Source of the DNA: an uncultured Gemmatimonadales bacterium
GTDB taxonomy: Bacteria > Gemmatimonadota > Gemmatimonadetes > Gemmatimonadales > Gemmatimonadaceae
Reading direction: 5' to 3'
DNA length: 64,000 nt
Assembly: GCA_963851265.1 (NCBI GenBank)
Contig: CAWKNZ010000006.1
Span: 1 to 64,000 of the forward strand
A program made the translations under genes and the position numbers. A model generated the notes under the pieces. It searched no databases and was not told the DNA's origin. It worked only from the letters and a program-made list of their open reading frames with translations. Below are positions 30,174-39,591 of the stretch, piece after piece; the stretch's first letter is position 1, and the number at the start of each line of letters is the position of its first letter.

Positions 30174-30635
30174 ATGTTTACGTCCGCCCGCCCCTCGTTC
30201 CGCGCCCGACCTGTCGTACGAGGGATCTTCGCCGTGCTCGGCGGTGCCGTGCTCGCGGCGGCCCTCCCCGGCCGCGTCGCGCGCGCTCAACCCGGGCTGC
30301 TCGACTTCGACGCAGCGCCGACCGCCCTGCTCGGCAACCGGTGCAACTACCCGCGATACGCATTCCCGAGCGACCCGCAGTACGGCAGCATAGCGGGACA
30401 GCTCACGGTCACGTATCTCTGGCGTGCCGGGTTGGGTCTCACCGACCCGCCCGGCTCGGCGGGGTGCGCGGACGTGCGCGTCGACCGCACCGGCTTCTAC
30501 AGCGGGGTCGCGGGCATGGCGTACACGCTCGATACGCCGGCCACGACGGTGCCCGAGCCGACGACGGCGGTGCTCGTCGCGGCGGGCGCGCTCGCCGTGG
30601 GCGTCGCGGCACGGCGCTGGGGTGCGCGGGCCTGA
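30174..30635 (+). CDS. Short PEP-CTERM protein
   Basis: Signal peptide; TVPEPTTAVLVAAGALAVGVAARR. Confidence 0.75.
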   Translation: MFTSARPSFRARPVVRGIFAVLGGAVLAAALPGRVARAQPGLLDFDAAPTALLGNRCNYPRYAFPSDPQYGSIAGQLTVTYLWRAGLGLTDPPGSAGCADVRVDRTGFYSGVAGMAYTLDTPATTVPEPTTAVLVAAGALAVGVAARRWGARA

Positions 30636-30790
30636 CGGCCCGCCGAAGCCGCACTGCGTTCACTCGGGCGTGAGCGTACGTCCGGTCCGCGGAGGACGCC
30701 GGTGTTCCGCGGACCCGTAAGCCGCACGGCGGCGCCCGCCCGAACCGCCCCACGCCCGATCCCCACCGTACCAATCCCCAGAGGTCAGCC

Positions 30791-31657
30791 ATGCTCCGAG
30801 CCGTCGCCGCCGCCTTGTTCCTCGCCGCCACCGTCGCGCCGGCGTCGATCCGACACACCGCGCCGGCGTCGACGCGGGTCGCGCATCCCCTCGTCACCGT
30901 CCACGCCAAGGAGTTCGCCTTCATCGCGCCGGCCAGCATCGAAGCGGGCACGACGACGTTCCGGCTCGCGAACGACGGCAACGAAATCCACCAGATCTCG
31001 ATCGTCCAGCTCACGCAGGGTAAGACCCTGGCGGAGTACGTGGCGGCGATCAAGGCCAACCGGCCCACGCCGTGGGCCATCGGCGCCGGCGGGCCGAACG
31101 CCGCCGGGCCCGGACAGACCATCGACGCGACCGTCACGCTCGCGGCGGGCCACTACGTCCTGGTGTGTTGGGTCCCGTCGCCCGGCGTGCCGGTGCCGCA
31201 CATGGCGAAGGGGATGATCCAGCCGCTCACCGTGACCGCACCCGGCGGCGTCACACCAACGGCCGCCTCCACCTCGTCCGTGCCCGAGTCCGCGCCGGAC
31301 GTGCACCTCGAACTGTTCGACTACGGGTTCAAGTTCTCCAAGCCGCTCGTCGCCGGAAAACACACCATCCACGTCATGAACACCGGCGCGCTCGAGCACG
31401 AGGCGGTGATCGTGAAGCTCGCGCCCGGCAAGACGATGAAGGACTTCGATGCGTGGTTCGCGCGTGGGATGCAGGGACCGTCGCCCGCCGAGCCGACCCC
31501 CGGCATGTCGGGCCTGGCCACGGGGCGCACGGGCACGTTCACGACGACGCTCACCCCCGGGCGGTACGGCCTGGTGTGCTGGATCCCCGACGTGAAGGAC
31601 GGCAAGCCGCACGAGATGCACGGCATGGTGGAGGAGTTCACCGTCGCGGCGAAGTGA
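30791..31657 (+). CDS. Secreted tandem cupredoxin-like protein
   Basis: Two repeats, each with His then C-x9/10-H-x4-M (CWVPSPGVPVPHMAKGM; CWIPDVKDGKPHEMHGM). Confidence 0.75.
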   Translation: MLRAVAAALFLAATVAPASIRHTAPASTRVAHPLVTVHAKEFAFIAPASIEAGTTTFRLANDGNEIHQISIVQLTQGKTLAEYVAAIKANRPTPWAIGAGGPNAAGPGQTIDATVTLAAGHYVLVCWVPSPGVPVPHMAKGMIQPLTVTAPGGVTPTAASTSSVPESAPDVHLELFDYGFKFSKPLVAGKHTIHVMNTGALEHEAVIVKLAPGKTMKDFDAWFARGMQGPSPAEPTPGMSGLATGRTGTFTTTLTPGRYGLVCWIPDVKDGKPHEMHGMVEEFTVAAK

Positions 31658-31798
31658 GCCGACCGCTCGGGCGACTGGCGACTCGACTCGCGCGAATCGA
31701 GGAAGGACCGACGCCGCCCCGGTGTGCGAGTAAGTTGGGCCTCTGGTGCCGCCGAGGCTCCGCGCCCGGCGCGGCGCGCTCATCCTTCGCTTCGGGTC

Positions 31799-32506
31799 AT
31801 GCGTTTGCATCGCACACTTCTCGTCGCGGGCCTGTTGGCGGCCGCGACCCACGTCTCGCGCGGGCAGGCGTCCCCGCGTCGCGCACCGGCCGCCCCGGCG
31901 CCCGCCGCGCCGACGGATTCGGCCCGGCGCCACACGGCCCTGTACTGGCCGACCGACCCGTTCTGGTCGACGCGGGCCCCGGACACGGTGCTCGTGGACC
32001 TCCAGACGACCCGGGGGCCGATCACCGTCGCGCTCCGACGGGCGTGGGCGCCGCACGGGGTCGATCGCGTGTACAACCTCGCACGCGCCGGCTACTTCGA
32101 CGACTCGCGCTTCTACCGCGTCGTCGACGGGTTCGTCGCGCAGTTCGGCCTCGCTGGCGATCCGGCCATCGCGAGCGTCTGGAGCCGGGAGATGCTGCCG
32201 CCGGACGCACGGCGCGCGTCGAACGCCCGCGGCACGGTCAGCTTCGCCCAGTTCAAGCCTGACGACCGCACGACGAACATTTTCATCAACCTGCGCGACA
32301 ACGCAGAGCTCGACGCGCTTGGCTTCGCGCCGATCGGGCGTGTCGTCAAGGGGATGGATGTCGCCGCCCGCCTCTACGCCGGCTACGGCGAGCGGCCGAT
32401 GGCGAAGGCGAATACGAAACGGTTGTACGACGAGTCCAACGCCTTCCTGGACGCGAAATACCCGAAGCTCGACCGAATCCGGAAGGTGACCGTCCGCGCG
32501 CGCTGA
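31799..32506 (+). CDS. Cyclophilin-type peptidyl-prolyl isomerase
   Basis: FYRVVDGFVAQFG, NARGTVSFA, IFINLRDN, FAPIGRVVKGMDV. Confidence 0.9.
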   Translation: MRLHRTLLVAGLLAAATHVSRGQASPRRAPAAPAPAAPTDSARRHTALYWPTDPFWSTRAPDTVLVDLQTTRGPITVALRRAWAPHGVDRVYNLARAGYFDDSRFYRVVDGFVAQFGLAGDPAIASVWSREMLPPDARRASNARGTVSFAQFKPDDRTTNIFINLRDNAELDALGFAPIGRVVKGMDVAARLYAGYGERPMAKANTKRLYDESNAFLDAKYPKLDRIRKVTVRAR

Positions 32507-32564
32507 GGCGGTCGCGAGGGTGGGCACCGCGTTTGATGTTGGCCGTCGGCTGCGGCCGCTTCAG

Positions 32565-33107
32565 TCACCCGCCGTCGGTGCGTCCAGCACCGTGATGCGC
32601 CGCACCACCGGATCGACCGCGACGCGGCCCCCCAAGGACAGTACGAGCTGCGGGCTGGTGTACCCGACGTCCAGCTTCGCGACCACCGGCAGGTCCGCGC
32701 GCCCGAACTCGGCCAGGGCTGACCACCCCGGCCGCGAGGTACGCGAGCAGCAGCACCGTGCTGTCCGAGAAACCGAGGAACGCCTTGGGTCGCGCGCGAA
32801 TCAGATCGAGGTCGAGGTGCGGGAGCAGGCGCACCGCGTCGTCGCCGCCGATCGTGCTCACGATCGCGCGCACGTCCGGGTGCTGGAGCGCCCAGTGCAG
32901 GTCGGCGGCGCGTGCTTCGGGGTGGCTGCGCAGCCACGCGTCGTCGGCGAGCGCGTGCGGCGCCTCGATGATCGTCAGGCCGAACGCGTCTTCCAGCTGC
33001 CGCCTGCGCTGGGCGTAGCGCGCGGGGAGCGCGGCGGCCAGCCCGCTCGAGAGGGAAACGGCCGCCACCGTCTCGGCGGCGTGAAGGGTCGGGGGCCGCT
33101 GCCACAC
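32565..33107 (-). pseudogene. S66 LD-carboxypeptidase (MccF-like) with internal deletion
   Basis: IGGDDAVRLLP...GFSDST joined out of frame to C-terminal LPVVAKLDVGYTSPQLVL. Confidence 0.75.
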
Positions 33108-33304
33108 GCCGACGAATGTACGGCGCGTGCGCCTTCGATGGCGCGGGACTCACGTTCCGCGTCGGCGGCAACACGACGACGCCGGAGTCGTCACCCGCGC
33201 CGGCGCACGATCGGTGTCGACAGGTGGCCGAGCGTGTATCAGCTTCCGGCCGCCGCGCCGCTCGGTCCCTGCCATGCCTTCCCGCCCCACTGCACGAGAG
33301 AGTC

Positions 33305-34246
33305 GTGACCGTCACCGCGTGGCTGCTGAATTCCGACCCGTCGATCCGGTGGCAGGTGCTGCGCGACCTGACCGACGCACCTGCGGCGGAGGTCGCGGCC
33401 GAGCGGGCCAGGGTCGCCCGCGAGGGCGCGGGCGCGCAGCTCCTCGCGCTGCAGGCGACGGACGGCCGGTGGGGGGGCGCGGCGTGGAACCGCGGCTGGG
33501 ACTCGACGATGCACGTCCTCTGGCTGCTCGCCCAACTGGGGCTCGACCCCGCGGGCGCGGAAGCACGGCGCGCGGTGCAACGCGTGCGCGACCAGGTCAC
33601 CTGGGAGGGCTGCGGCCCGCCGACGTGCGCCGGCAACGCGTTCTTCGCCGGCGAGGTCGAGCCGTGCATCAACGCGCAGGTCGTGGCGGCCGGCGCCTAC
33701 TTCGGCCAGGACGTCCACGGCCTCGTGGACCGGCTGCTCGGCGAGCAGCTACCCGACGGCGGCTGGAACTGCGAGGCCCCCCACCGCTCCGCGCGCGGGT
33801 CGTTCAACACGACCGTTTGCGCGCTGGAGGCGATGCTCGAGTACGAGCGCGCGCACGGCGGTTCGGCCGTGACCGCGGCGCGCCTCCGCGGACAGGAATA
33901 CCTCCTCGAGCGCCGGCTCCTCCGGCGGCGCTCGAGCGGTGCGGTGATCGCGAGCGATCGGAAGGGCGGCGGCGCCTGGAGCCAGTTCGCCTTCCCGCCC
34001 TGGTGGCGCTATGACGTGCTGCGCGGCTTGGACTACCTGCGCCGCGCCTCCGCCGCGCCGGACGAACGGGCTGCCGAGGCGGTCGCGTTGGTCGCGTCGA
34101 AACGCGACGGCAGCGGACGGTGGCCGCTCGACGTCCGGTACCCCGGCCGCCTGCCGGTCGAGCTGGACGAGCGTGAAGGCCACCCGAGCCGGTGGAACAC
34201 GCTGCGCGCGCTGCGCGTACTCCGGTGGTACGGGCGGGCGGCCTGA
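33305..34246 (+). CDS. Prenyltransferase/squalene-cyclase-like repeat protein
   Basis: WLLNSDPSIRWQV, QATDGRWGG, EVEPCING-like, QLPDGGWNC, SRWNTLRALRVL. Confidence 0.8.
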   Translation: MTVTAWLLNSDPSIRWQVLRDLTDAPAAEVAAERARVAREGAGAQLLALQATDGRWGGAAWNRGWDSTMHVLWLLAQLGLDPAGAEARRAVQRVRDQVTWEGCGPPTCAGNAFFAGEVEPCINAQVVAAGAYFGQDVHGLVDRLLGEQLPDGGWNCEAPHRSARGSFNTTVCALEAMLEYERAHGGSAVTAARLRGQEYLLERRLLRRRSSGAVIASDRKGGGAWSQFAFPPWWRYDVLRGLDYLRRASAAPDERAAEAVALVASKRDGSGRWPLDVRYPGRLPVELDEREGHPSRWNTLRALRVLRWYGRAA

Positions 34247-34300
34247 CGGATGCCTAACGCACGGCCGCGTCCGCGCGCGGGCCCTTGACCGGAGTTCCGG

Positions 34301-34497
34301 ATGCGTCGTGTCGCCGTGTTAGGCCTTGGCGCGATGGGCGTGCGCACGGCACGGCGCCGTGGCGGGGCTCGCGGCCGGCGCCCTCGCGGTGGAGTCGAGC
34401 ACGGTAACGCCGACGTGGGTCCGCGAGCTCGGCGGGCACGTCGCTGCGCGCGGGGCGGTGCTGCCGGACGCGCCCGTCGTGGGCGCGCGCCCGTGCG
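34301..34497 (+). pseudogene. 3-hydroxyisobutyrate dehydrogenase-family remnant
   Basis: MRRVAVLGLGAMG fused out of frame to AVESSTVTPTWVREL...DAPVVG. Confidence 0.65.
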
Positions 34498-35349
34498 TCA
34501 GGACGACGGCGCGACACGCGCGCGGCAGCGGCGGAGGAACTCCGCCTGGAATCCGGGATCGGCGAGCGCCGGCGGCAGCACCTGCACCTTGCCGCCCGAG
34601 ATCGAGATCCCGCTCCGCCCCTGCCACCCCGGCGACAGCGCGGCGTCGACGATTTTCCGCGCGCTCTTGGCGGGCGACGGGAGCGCCCAGGAGAAGATGC
34701 GCATCCACCACGGCGTCCCCGCGCCTTTCGTGAGGCGGGTGCGGGTCGGGCCGGGATCGGCCGTGCGGATCGCGATCGCGTCGGCGCCTAACTCCGGCGC
34801 GAGCGCGGCCGTGAGCACGTTCAGCGCCTGCTTGGACCGCACGTACGGTCCGAAGAGCTTGCTGAACTCGCGCGGTTTCACCAGCTCATCCCAGTCGAGG
34901 CTCGTCGCGCGGTCGGCGATGCCCGCAGACGTGCTGACGATCGTCGCACCATGCGCCCGCGCGAGGGCGGGCCGCAGGTGGTCGATGAGCTGCAGGGGCG
35001 CGAGCGTGTTGACCTCGAAGTGCAGCTCGTTCCCGTTCGCGGACATCTGCAGCGTCTCGGTCAGCACGCCCGCGTTGTTGAACAGGTAGTCGACCGCGGG
35101 ATACCGGGCGACGATCTCCGCGCCGACGCGCCGCAGATCGTCGTGATTCGCGAGGTCGGCCGCGAACACGTCCCGCACGGCCCCGGGCGTCGCGCGATTC
35201 ACCCCCTCCGCGAACGCTTCCGCCTTCTTGCGGTCTCGCTCCAGCAGCACGAGCGCGATCCCGCGCTCCGCGAGCAGCGTGGTGAGCGCGGCGCCGATGC
35301 CGCCGGATGCGCCGGTGACGACGGCGAGGCGTGGACTCCCTGATGGCAT
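34498..35349 (-). CDS. Short-chain dehydrogenase/reductase
   Basis: TGASGGIG, NNAG, YVRSK. Confidence 0.9.
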   Translation of the reverse strand: MPSGSPRLAVVTGASGGIGAALTTLLAERGIALVLLERDRKKAEAFAEGVNRATPGAVRDVFAADLANHDDLRRVGAEIVARYPAVDYLFNNAGVLTETLQMSANGNELHFEVNTLAPLQLIDHLRPALARAHGATIVSTSAGIADRATSLDWDELVKPREFSKLFGPYVRSKQALNVLTAALAPELGADAIAIRTADPGPTRTRLTKGAGTPWWMRIFSWALPSPAKSARKIVDAALSPGWQGRSGISISGGKVQVLPPALADPGFQAEFLRRCRARVAPSS

Positions 35350-35356
35350 GCCGCGC

Positions 35357-35788
35357 TCACCCGGCCGGCGTGGCGCCGGCGGCGCGGAGCTGCTGCTGCA
35401 CGCCGAAGAAGTCCTCGAGGTGCCAGGTGCGGACGATCCGGCCGTCCTTCACGGTGTGGAACTCCATCGTCATGAGCTCGATGCGGGCGCCGGGCGCGAA
35501 CAGGCCGAGGAACGGGCCGCGCTGCACGCCGCGGAGCGTGTTGCGGCAGGCGACCACGTCGCCGCAGTCGTAGATCTCCTCGACCGTATAGGAGATGTCG
35601 GAGAGCACGCCGTGCAGGTAGGCAATGGCCTGCGATTCGCCCGCGCGGGTGCCGGGCATGCCGAAGAGCGCGGGCTTGAGCTCCCAGCCGTCGGCGAGCA
35701 CGTCGTCGAACCGCGACACGTCGCCGCTCGCGAAGATGGCGTAGAACTGCCGGACGACGTCCTGACGCGACGTGGATGTGTCAGTCAT
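35357..35788 (-). CDS. SnoaL-like ester cyclase
   Basis: GVQRGPFLG...DGRIVRTWHLED. Confidence 0.85.
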   Translation of the reverse strand: MTDTSTSRQDVVRQFYAIFASGDVSRFDDVLADGWELKPALFGMPGTRAGESQAIAYLHGVLSDISYTVEEIYDCGDVVACRNTLRGVQRGPFLGLFAPGARIELMTMEFHTVKDGRIVRTWHLEDFFGVQQQLRAAGATPAG

Positions 35789-36386
35789 GGGAATCGGGCT
35801 GGGGGACGGGGGACCGGTCGAGCGCGCGCTCGATCCGCGGGTCGGGGACGAACCAGAGCAGCGCGCCGGCGAGGTAGCACGCGTCGGCGAGCCAGGGCCG
35901 CACGAACGCGAGCGCGATCGCGGCGACGTTGAGCGCGAGCGAGACCGCGCCCTTGCGGTCGTCGCGCATCGCGCGGTCGAGCGCCGAGCCGGAGCCCGCC
36001 AGTGTGCGGAGCCGCGCCTGCAGGAGGAGGAAGGCGACGGCGGCGAGGAGCAGGACGACGCCGTAGGTCGCGGTCGGGACCGACGCCGTGTAGTGCTCGC
36101 CCATCCAGGCGGTCGCGAACGGGACGAGCGACAGCCAGAAGAGCAGGTGCAGGTTGGCCCAGAGCGCGACGCCGTCGACGCGCGGCGTCGCCTGCAGCAG
36201 GTGGTGGTGCGCGTTCCAGTAGATGCCGAGGAACACGAAGCTGAGCACGTAGCTCAGCAGCGTCGGAACCGCGCCGCCGAGCGCGGCGAGGTCCGCACCG
36301 CGCGGGGCGTGAAGCTCGAGCACCATGATCGTGATCAGGATCGCGATCACGCCGTCGGTGAACGCTTCGAGGCGCTGCTTGGTCAC
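35781..36386 (-). CDS. TMEM175 (DUF1211) family channel protein
   Basis: RLEAFTDGVIAILITIMVLEL; YWNAHHHL. Confidence 0.9.
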   Translation of the reverse strand: MTKQRLEAFTDGVIAILITIMVLELHAPRGADLAALGGAVPTLLSYVLSFVFLGIYWNAHHHLLQATPRVDGVALWANLHLLFWLSLVPFATAWMGEHYTASVPTATYGVVLLLAAVAFLLLQARLRTLAGSGSALDRAMRDDRKGAVSLALNVAAIALAFVRPWLADACYLAGALLWFVPDPRIERALDRSPVPQPDSHD

Positions 36387-37165
36387 CGGCGCGCGGCAGT
36401 GACGACGAAGGCCCGGGCGAGCGGGCGATCCTCGGTCGCGGTCGTGCCCGCGGCGTGCTCGAACGCCTCGCCCGCCTCGTCGCCACACGGCGTCTCGGCG
36501 CGCGGGTGCACGCGCAGCACGTAGGCGCCGGGCCGCCACGCGCCCTCGGGGCTGAACTGCCACGTGCGCTCGCCGTCCGCGAGGCGCGCGCGTCCGGCGA
36601 GCCGCGCCCCGCGCGCGTCGGCGACGGCGATCAGGTCGGCCGCGTGAACGTCGATCGGAGCTGACAGGCGGACCAGCAGCGGCTCGCGCGCGTGCGCGCG
36701 CGGCGCGCGGAGCTCCCACGCCCCGGGGTCCAGCGGCGCGCACCCGCCCGACGCGACGCGCCACCGCTTCACGACGCGCCCGGCGACGGCCAGCGTCACG
36801 GTCTCGCCCGGCACCAGCGCCCAGCCGCGCTGCTCGTGCGACTGCAGGCCCGTCTTCACGCGCCCCGGCCGAAAGAGCAGCGTGAGAAGCGTGCCGTCGG
36901 GCGACCAGAGCGCGTCGGGCAGCAGCGCGTCGCTCAGCCGCGCCTCGCCGGTGGCGTCGCCGTCGGACGTGTGCAGCGCCACCGCGTCGCGGACCGACGC
37001 GGCCGGCGGGCGCGCGAACCGGATGCTGATCCGCAGCAGGCGTTCCGGAACGACGTCGCCCGACGGGTAGACGCCGCGCACCGCAGTGCGCGAGAGCGCC
37101 GCGCTCGCCGGCGGAGCGGCCTGTCCGACGAGCGCGCCGGCGAGCAGCCAGGCCCACGGCGTCAC
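36383..37165 (-). CDS. Secreted hypothetical protein (Ig-like folds suspected)
   Basis: VYPSGDVVPERLLRISIRF, LWSPDGTLLTLLFRPGRVKTGL; GTGA coupling at both ends. Confidence 0.65.
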   Translation of the reverse strand: MTPWAWLLAGALVGQAAPPASAALSRTAVRGVYPSGDVVPERLLRISIRFARPPAASVRDAVALHTSDGDATGEARLSDALLPDALWSPDGTLLTLLFRPGRVKTGLQSHEQRGWALVPGETVTLAVAGRVVKRWRVASGGCAPLDPGAWELRAPRAHAREPLLVRLSAPIDVHAADLIAVADARGARLAGRARLADGERTWQFSPEGAWRPGAYVLRVHPRAETPCGDEAGEAFEHAAGTTATEDRPLARAFVVTAARR

Positions 37166-38478
37166 GGCTTGACGAGCTGCGGGAAGCCTTCCTCGCGCTT
37201 GAGCATGTTCTGCGCGGGCTTGATGGACCGCTGCTGGAACTCGCCCGCGTACCGGTAGTCGGGGAACATGTACTCCGAGAGGTCGAGGTCCGAGAGTCGG
37301 AAGCCCGCCGACTTGTCGACCGAGACGAGTTGCGCGTGTCCGGTCGCGAGGTCGCGGCGCAGCGCGACGAGGAAGCGCGGACTCTGGTCGGCGACGCGCA
37401 GGATGCTCCCCATCGACGCGGCGACCGACCGCACGCCCTCGGAGGTGCCGAAGGCGACCGGCGTGGCGTAGCCCGGCTTCCGGTGCGCCTCGGCGATCGA
37501 CGCGAGCGGGATCACGTCGGACGGGCGGTTGAGGTTCGCGACGAGCACCATCGACTGCGCGGCACCGCCGGCGGACGCGGGCATGGTGAACGGGACGATG
37601 TTCACCGGCAGGCCCGCGTCGCCGAGTTCGGCGATCGTCTTCGCGGTCACGTGTGCGCCGTCGCGGAGCGCCGCGACCGGGATGGTGACGAGCGGCGTGC
37701 AGACGTACGCCGCGAGCAGCACCGGCTCGCCGTCGATCTCCGTGAAGGCCATCGCGCGGATCGGCGCGCGGGTCTCCATCTGGTTGTGCGACGTGTGATA
37801 CATCTCGACCGACGCCATCGCCCGCCCGCCGGCGCCGAAGGGGTAGGGGAGGATGCGGAGCGTCGACGCGAAGGCCTGGTTGGACAGGCCCGCCACGTAC
37901 AGGCGGCCGTCGTGCCACCGCAGGTCGGTGACGGTGAAGCTGCGGTCGGGGACGGAATCCCAGAACTTCGTGAGGCTGGTCGGGGGCCGGTCGAGCGCGG
38001 CCGACGTCCTCGGCAGGTGGGCGAGATCGAGGCGCCGCACCGAGCCGTTCGCCGCGACGACCACGACGGCGGGCGTGCGCGCGGGCCCGACCGAGGCCGC
38101 AACGTACAGCTCCCCGCCGTGGGGGCGCGCGGCAAGGTCCTCGAGGGTGACGTCCGGCGTCCCGAGCGCCCGCCGGAGCGGCGTCTCGAGGTCGCGGACG
38201 TTGAACGGCACGGCCGTGTCGGCGCGCGACGCGGGGAGCGTGAACGCGTGCACGCGCGCCAGCTTCCAGTCGGCGAGGAACAGCACGTCGTCGGGGCCGA
38301 AGGCGATCCGCGAGACGGAGGCCGGCGCGGGGTCGGGCGCGGGCGCCGCGTGGCGCCTAACGACCGCGGGGGTGGGCCGGTGCGCGCCGTCGCCGGCGCG
38401 GCGCGGCGCGGCGTGGGGCGTGACGGGCAGGGCGAGCGTCGAACCGAGCAGGAATGACAGCATGGGCGAGCGCGGCAC
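37162..38478 (-). CDS. Secreted hypothetical protein, probable beta-propeller
   Basis: IAFGPDDVLFLAD, LYVAGLSNQAFASTL, EMYHTSHNQMETRAPI, AYVCTPLV. Confidence 0.75.
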   Translation of the reverse strand: MPRSPMLSFLLGSTLALPVTPHAAPRRAGDGAHRPTPAVVRRHAAPAPDPAPASVSRIAFGPDDVLFLADWKLARVHAFTLPASRADTAVPFNVRDLETPLRRALGTPDVTLEDLAARPHGGELYVAASVGPARTPAVVVVAANGSVRRLDLAHLPRTSAALDRPPTSLTKFWDSVPDRSFTVTDLRWHDGRLYVAGLSNQAFASTLRILPYPFGAGGRAMASVEMYHTSHNQMETRAPIRAMAFTEIDGEPVLLAAYVCTPLVTIPVAALRDGAHVTAKTIAELGDAGLPVNIVPFTMPASAGGAAQSMVLVANLNRPSDVIPLASIAEAHRKPGYATPVAFGTSEGVRSVAASMGSILRVADQSPRFLVALRRDLATGHAQLVSVDKSAGFRLSDLDLSEYMFPDYRYAGEFQQRSIKPAQNMLKREEGFPQLVKP

Positions 38479-38588
38479 GCGGCACTGGGGTGGTGTCGTC
38501 CCGCGGCGCGAGACGGAGGACGTGAGTCGCCGGACGCGGGACTACCGGCGCCATATTGCGTCATGGCGGCGATCCGAGCGAGGTCAGA

Positions 38589-39554
38589 ATGAGCGGCGTG
38601 CTGGTCGAAACGGGACAGCGGCGGATCGGGCTGCACGGCCGCATGCGCCGTGTGCCCGGCCTGGGCGCGATCCCGACGATGGTCTACAGTCACCCGCGCG
38701 GGCCGGCGTTCGAGGTCGACGCGTTCCGGCGCGGGTGGCTCATGCGCGCCGGCGCGCGCGGCGCCTGCAACCTCGTGCTGCCGCAGCGGCCCAACTTCCA
38801 CCTGTTCATCCTGCCGGCCACGGGCACGGTCGCGCACGCGGTCGACTTCGTGGACTACTGCTGCGCGCCCGGCACGCTGCTGCACGTGCGTCCCGGGCAG
38901 GTGCACCGGTGGACGCCGTGCGACGTGATGGACGCGATCTGCGTGATCTGCGGGCCGTCGTTCCTCACGCGCACCACGGTGCGGGGTGACCTGCTGCGCG
39001 ACGACGCCGAACACCCGGTCCCGCTGGTCACCTGGCCGACGCTGTTCACGCTCACGCCCGACGTCCACGAGCAGCTGGGCCGCGTGTTCGAGCTCGTGCT
39101 GGCGCACCACGAGGCCTCGACCGACGCCACGCGGTCCGCGCCCTTCCTGCGCCAGCTCGTGCAGGCCGCGTTCGTGCTCCTGACGCAGGCGGCGGCCGAC
39201 GCCGACCCGACGGTCCCCCGGGGCACGCGCGAGCTGTTCGAACGCTTCGTGCGGCTGCTCGACGCGCGGTACGCGACGGCGCGCGACGTGGCCGGCTACG
39301 CCGCGGCGCTCGCCGTCGCGCCCCGGACGCTGACGCGCGCCTGCGAGGCCGCGAGCGAGCGGACCGCGAAGGCGCTCATCGACGACCGGGTCGCGGTCGA
39401 GGCCAAGCGGCTGCTGGCGTACTCGTCGCTCTCGATCGCCGAGGTGGCGGCGCACCTGAACTTCTCGGAGCCGACGAACTTCGTGAAGTTCTTCCGGCGG
39501 ACCGCGGGCGAGTCACCCACGCGCTTCCGGCAGCGCGAGACGCGGGAGACCTGA
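38589..39554 (+). CDS. AraC family regulator
   Basis: EAKRLLAYSSLSIAEVAAHLNFSEPTNFVKFFRR. Confidence 0.9.
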   Translation: MSGVLVETGQRRIGLHGRMRRVPGLGAIPTMVYSHPRGPAFEVDAFRRGWLMRAGARGACNLVLPQRPNFHLFILPATGTVAHAVDFVDYCCAPGTLLHVRPGQVHRWTPCDVMDAICVICGPSFLTRTTVRGDLLRDDAEHPVPLVTWPTLFTLTPDVHEQLGRVFELVLAHHEASTDATRSAPFLRQLVQAAFVLLTQAAADADPTVPRGTRELFERFVRLLDARYATARDVAGYAAALAVAPRTLTRACEAASERTAKALIDDRVAVEAKRLLAYSSLSIAEVAAHLNFSEPTNFVKFFRRTAGESPTRFRQRETRET

Positions 39555-39591
39555 CGGGCGGGACGGCCGCATCCCGCGGCCGCCCGCGCCG

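Noticed and set aside
34252..34324. GCCTAAC...GTTAGGC pair after gene 33305-34246 as an attC
   Set aside because: L boxes do not pair at canonical spacing, no upstream core site is seen, and the right motif lies in codons of the dehydrogenase remnant.
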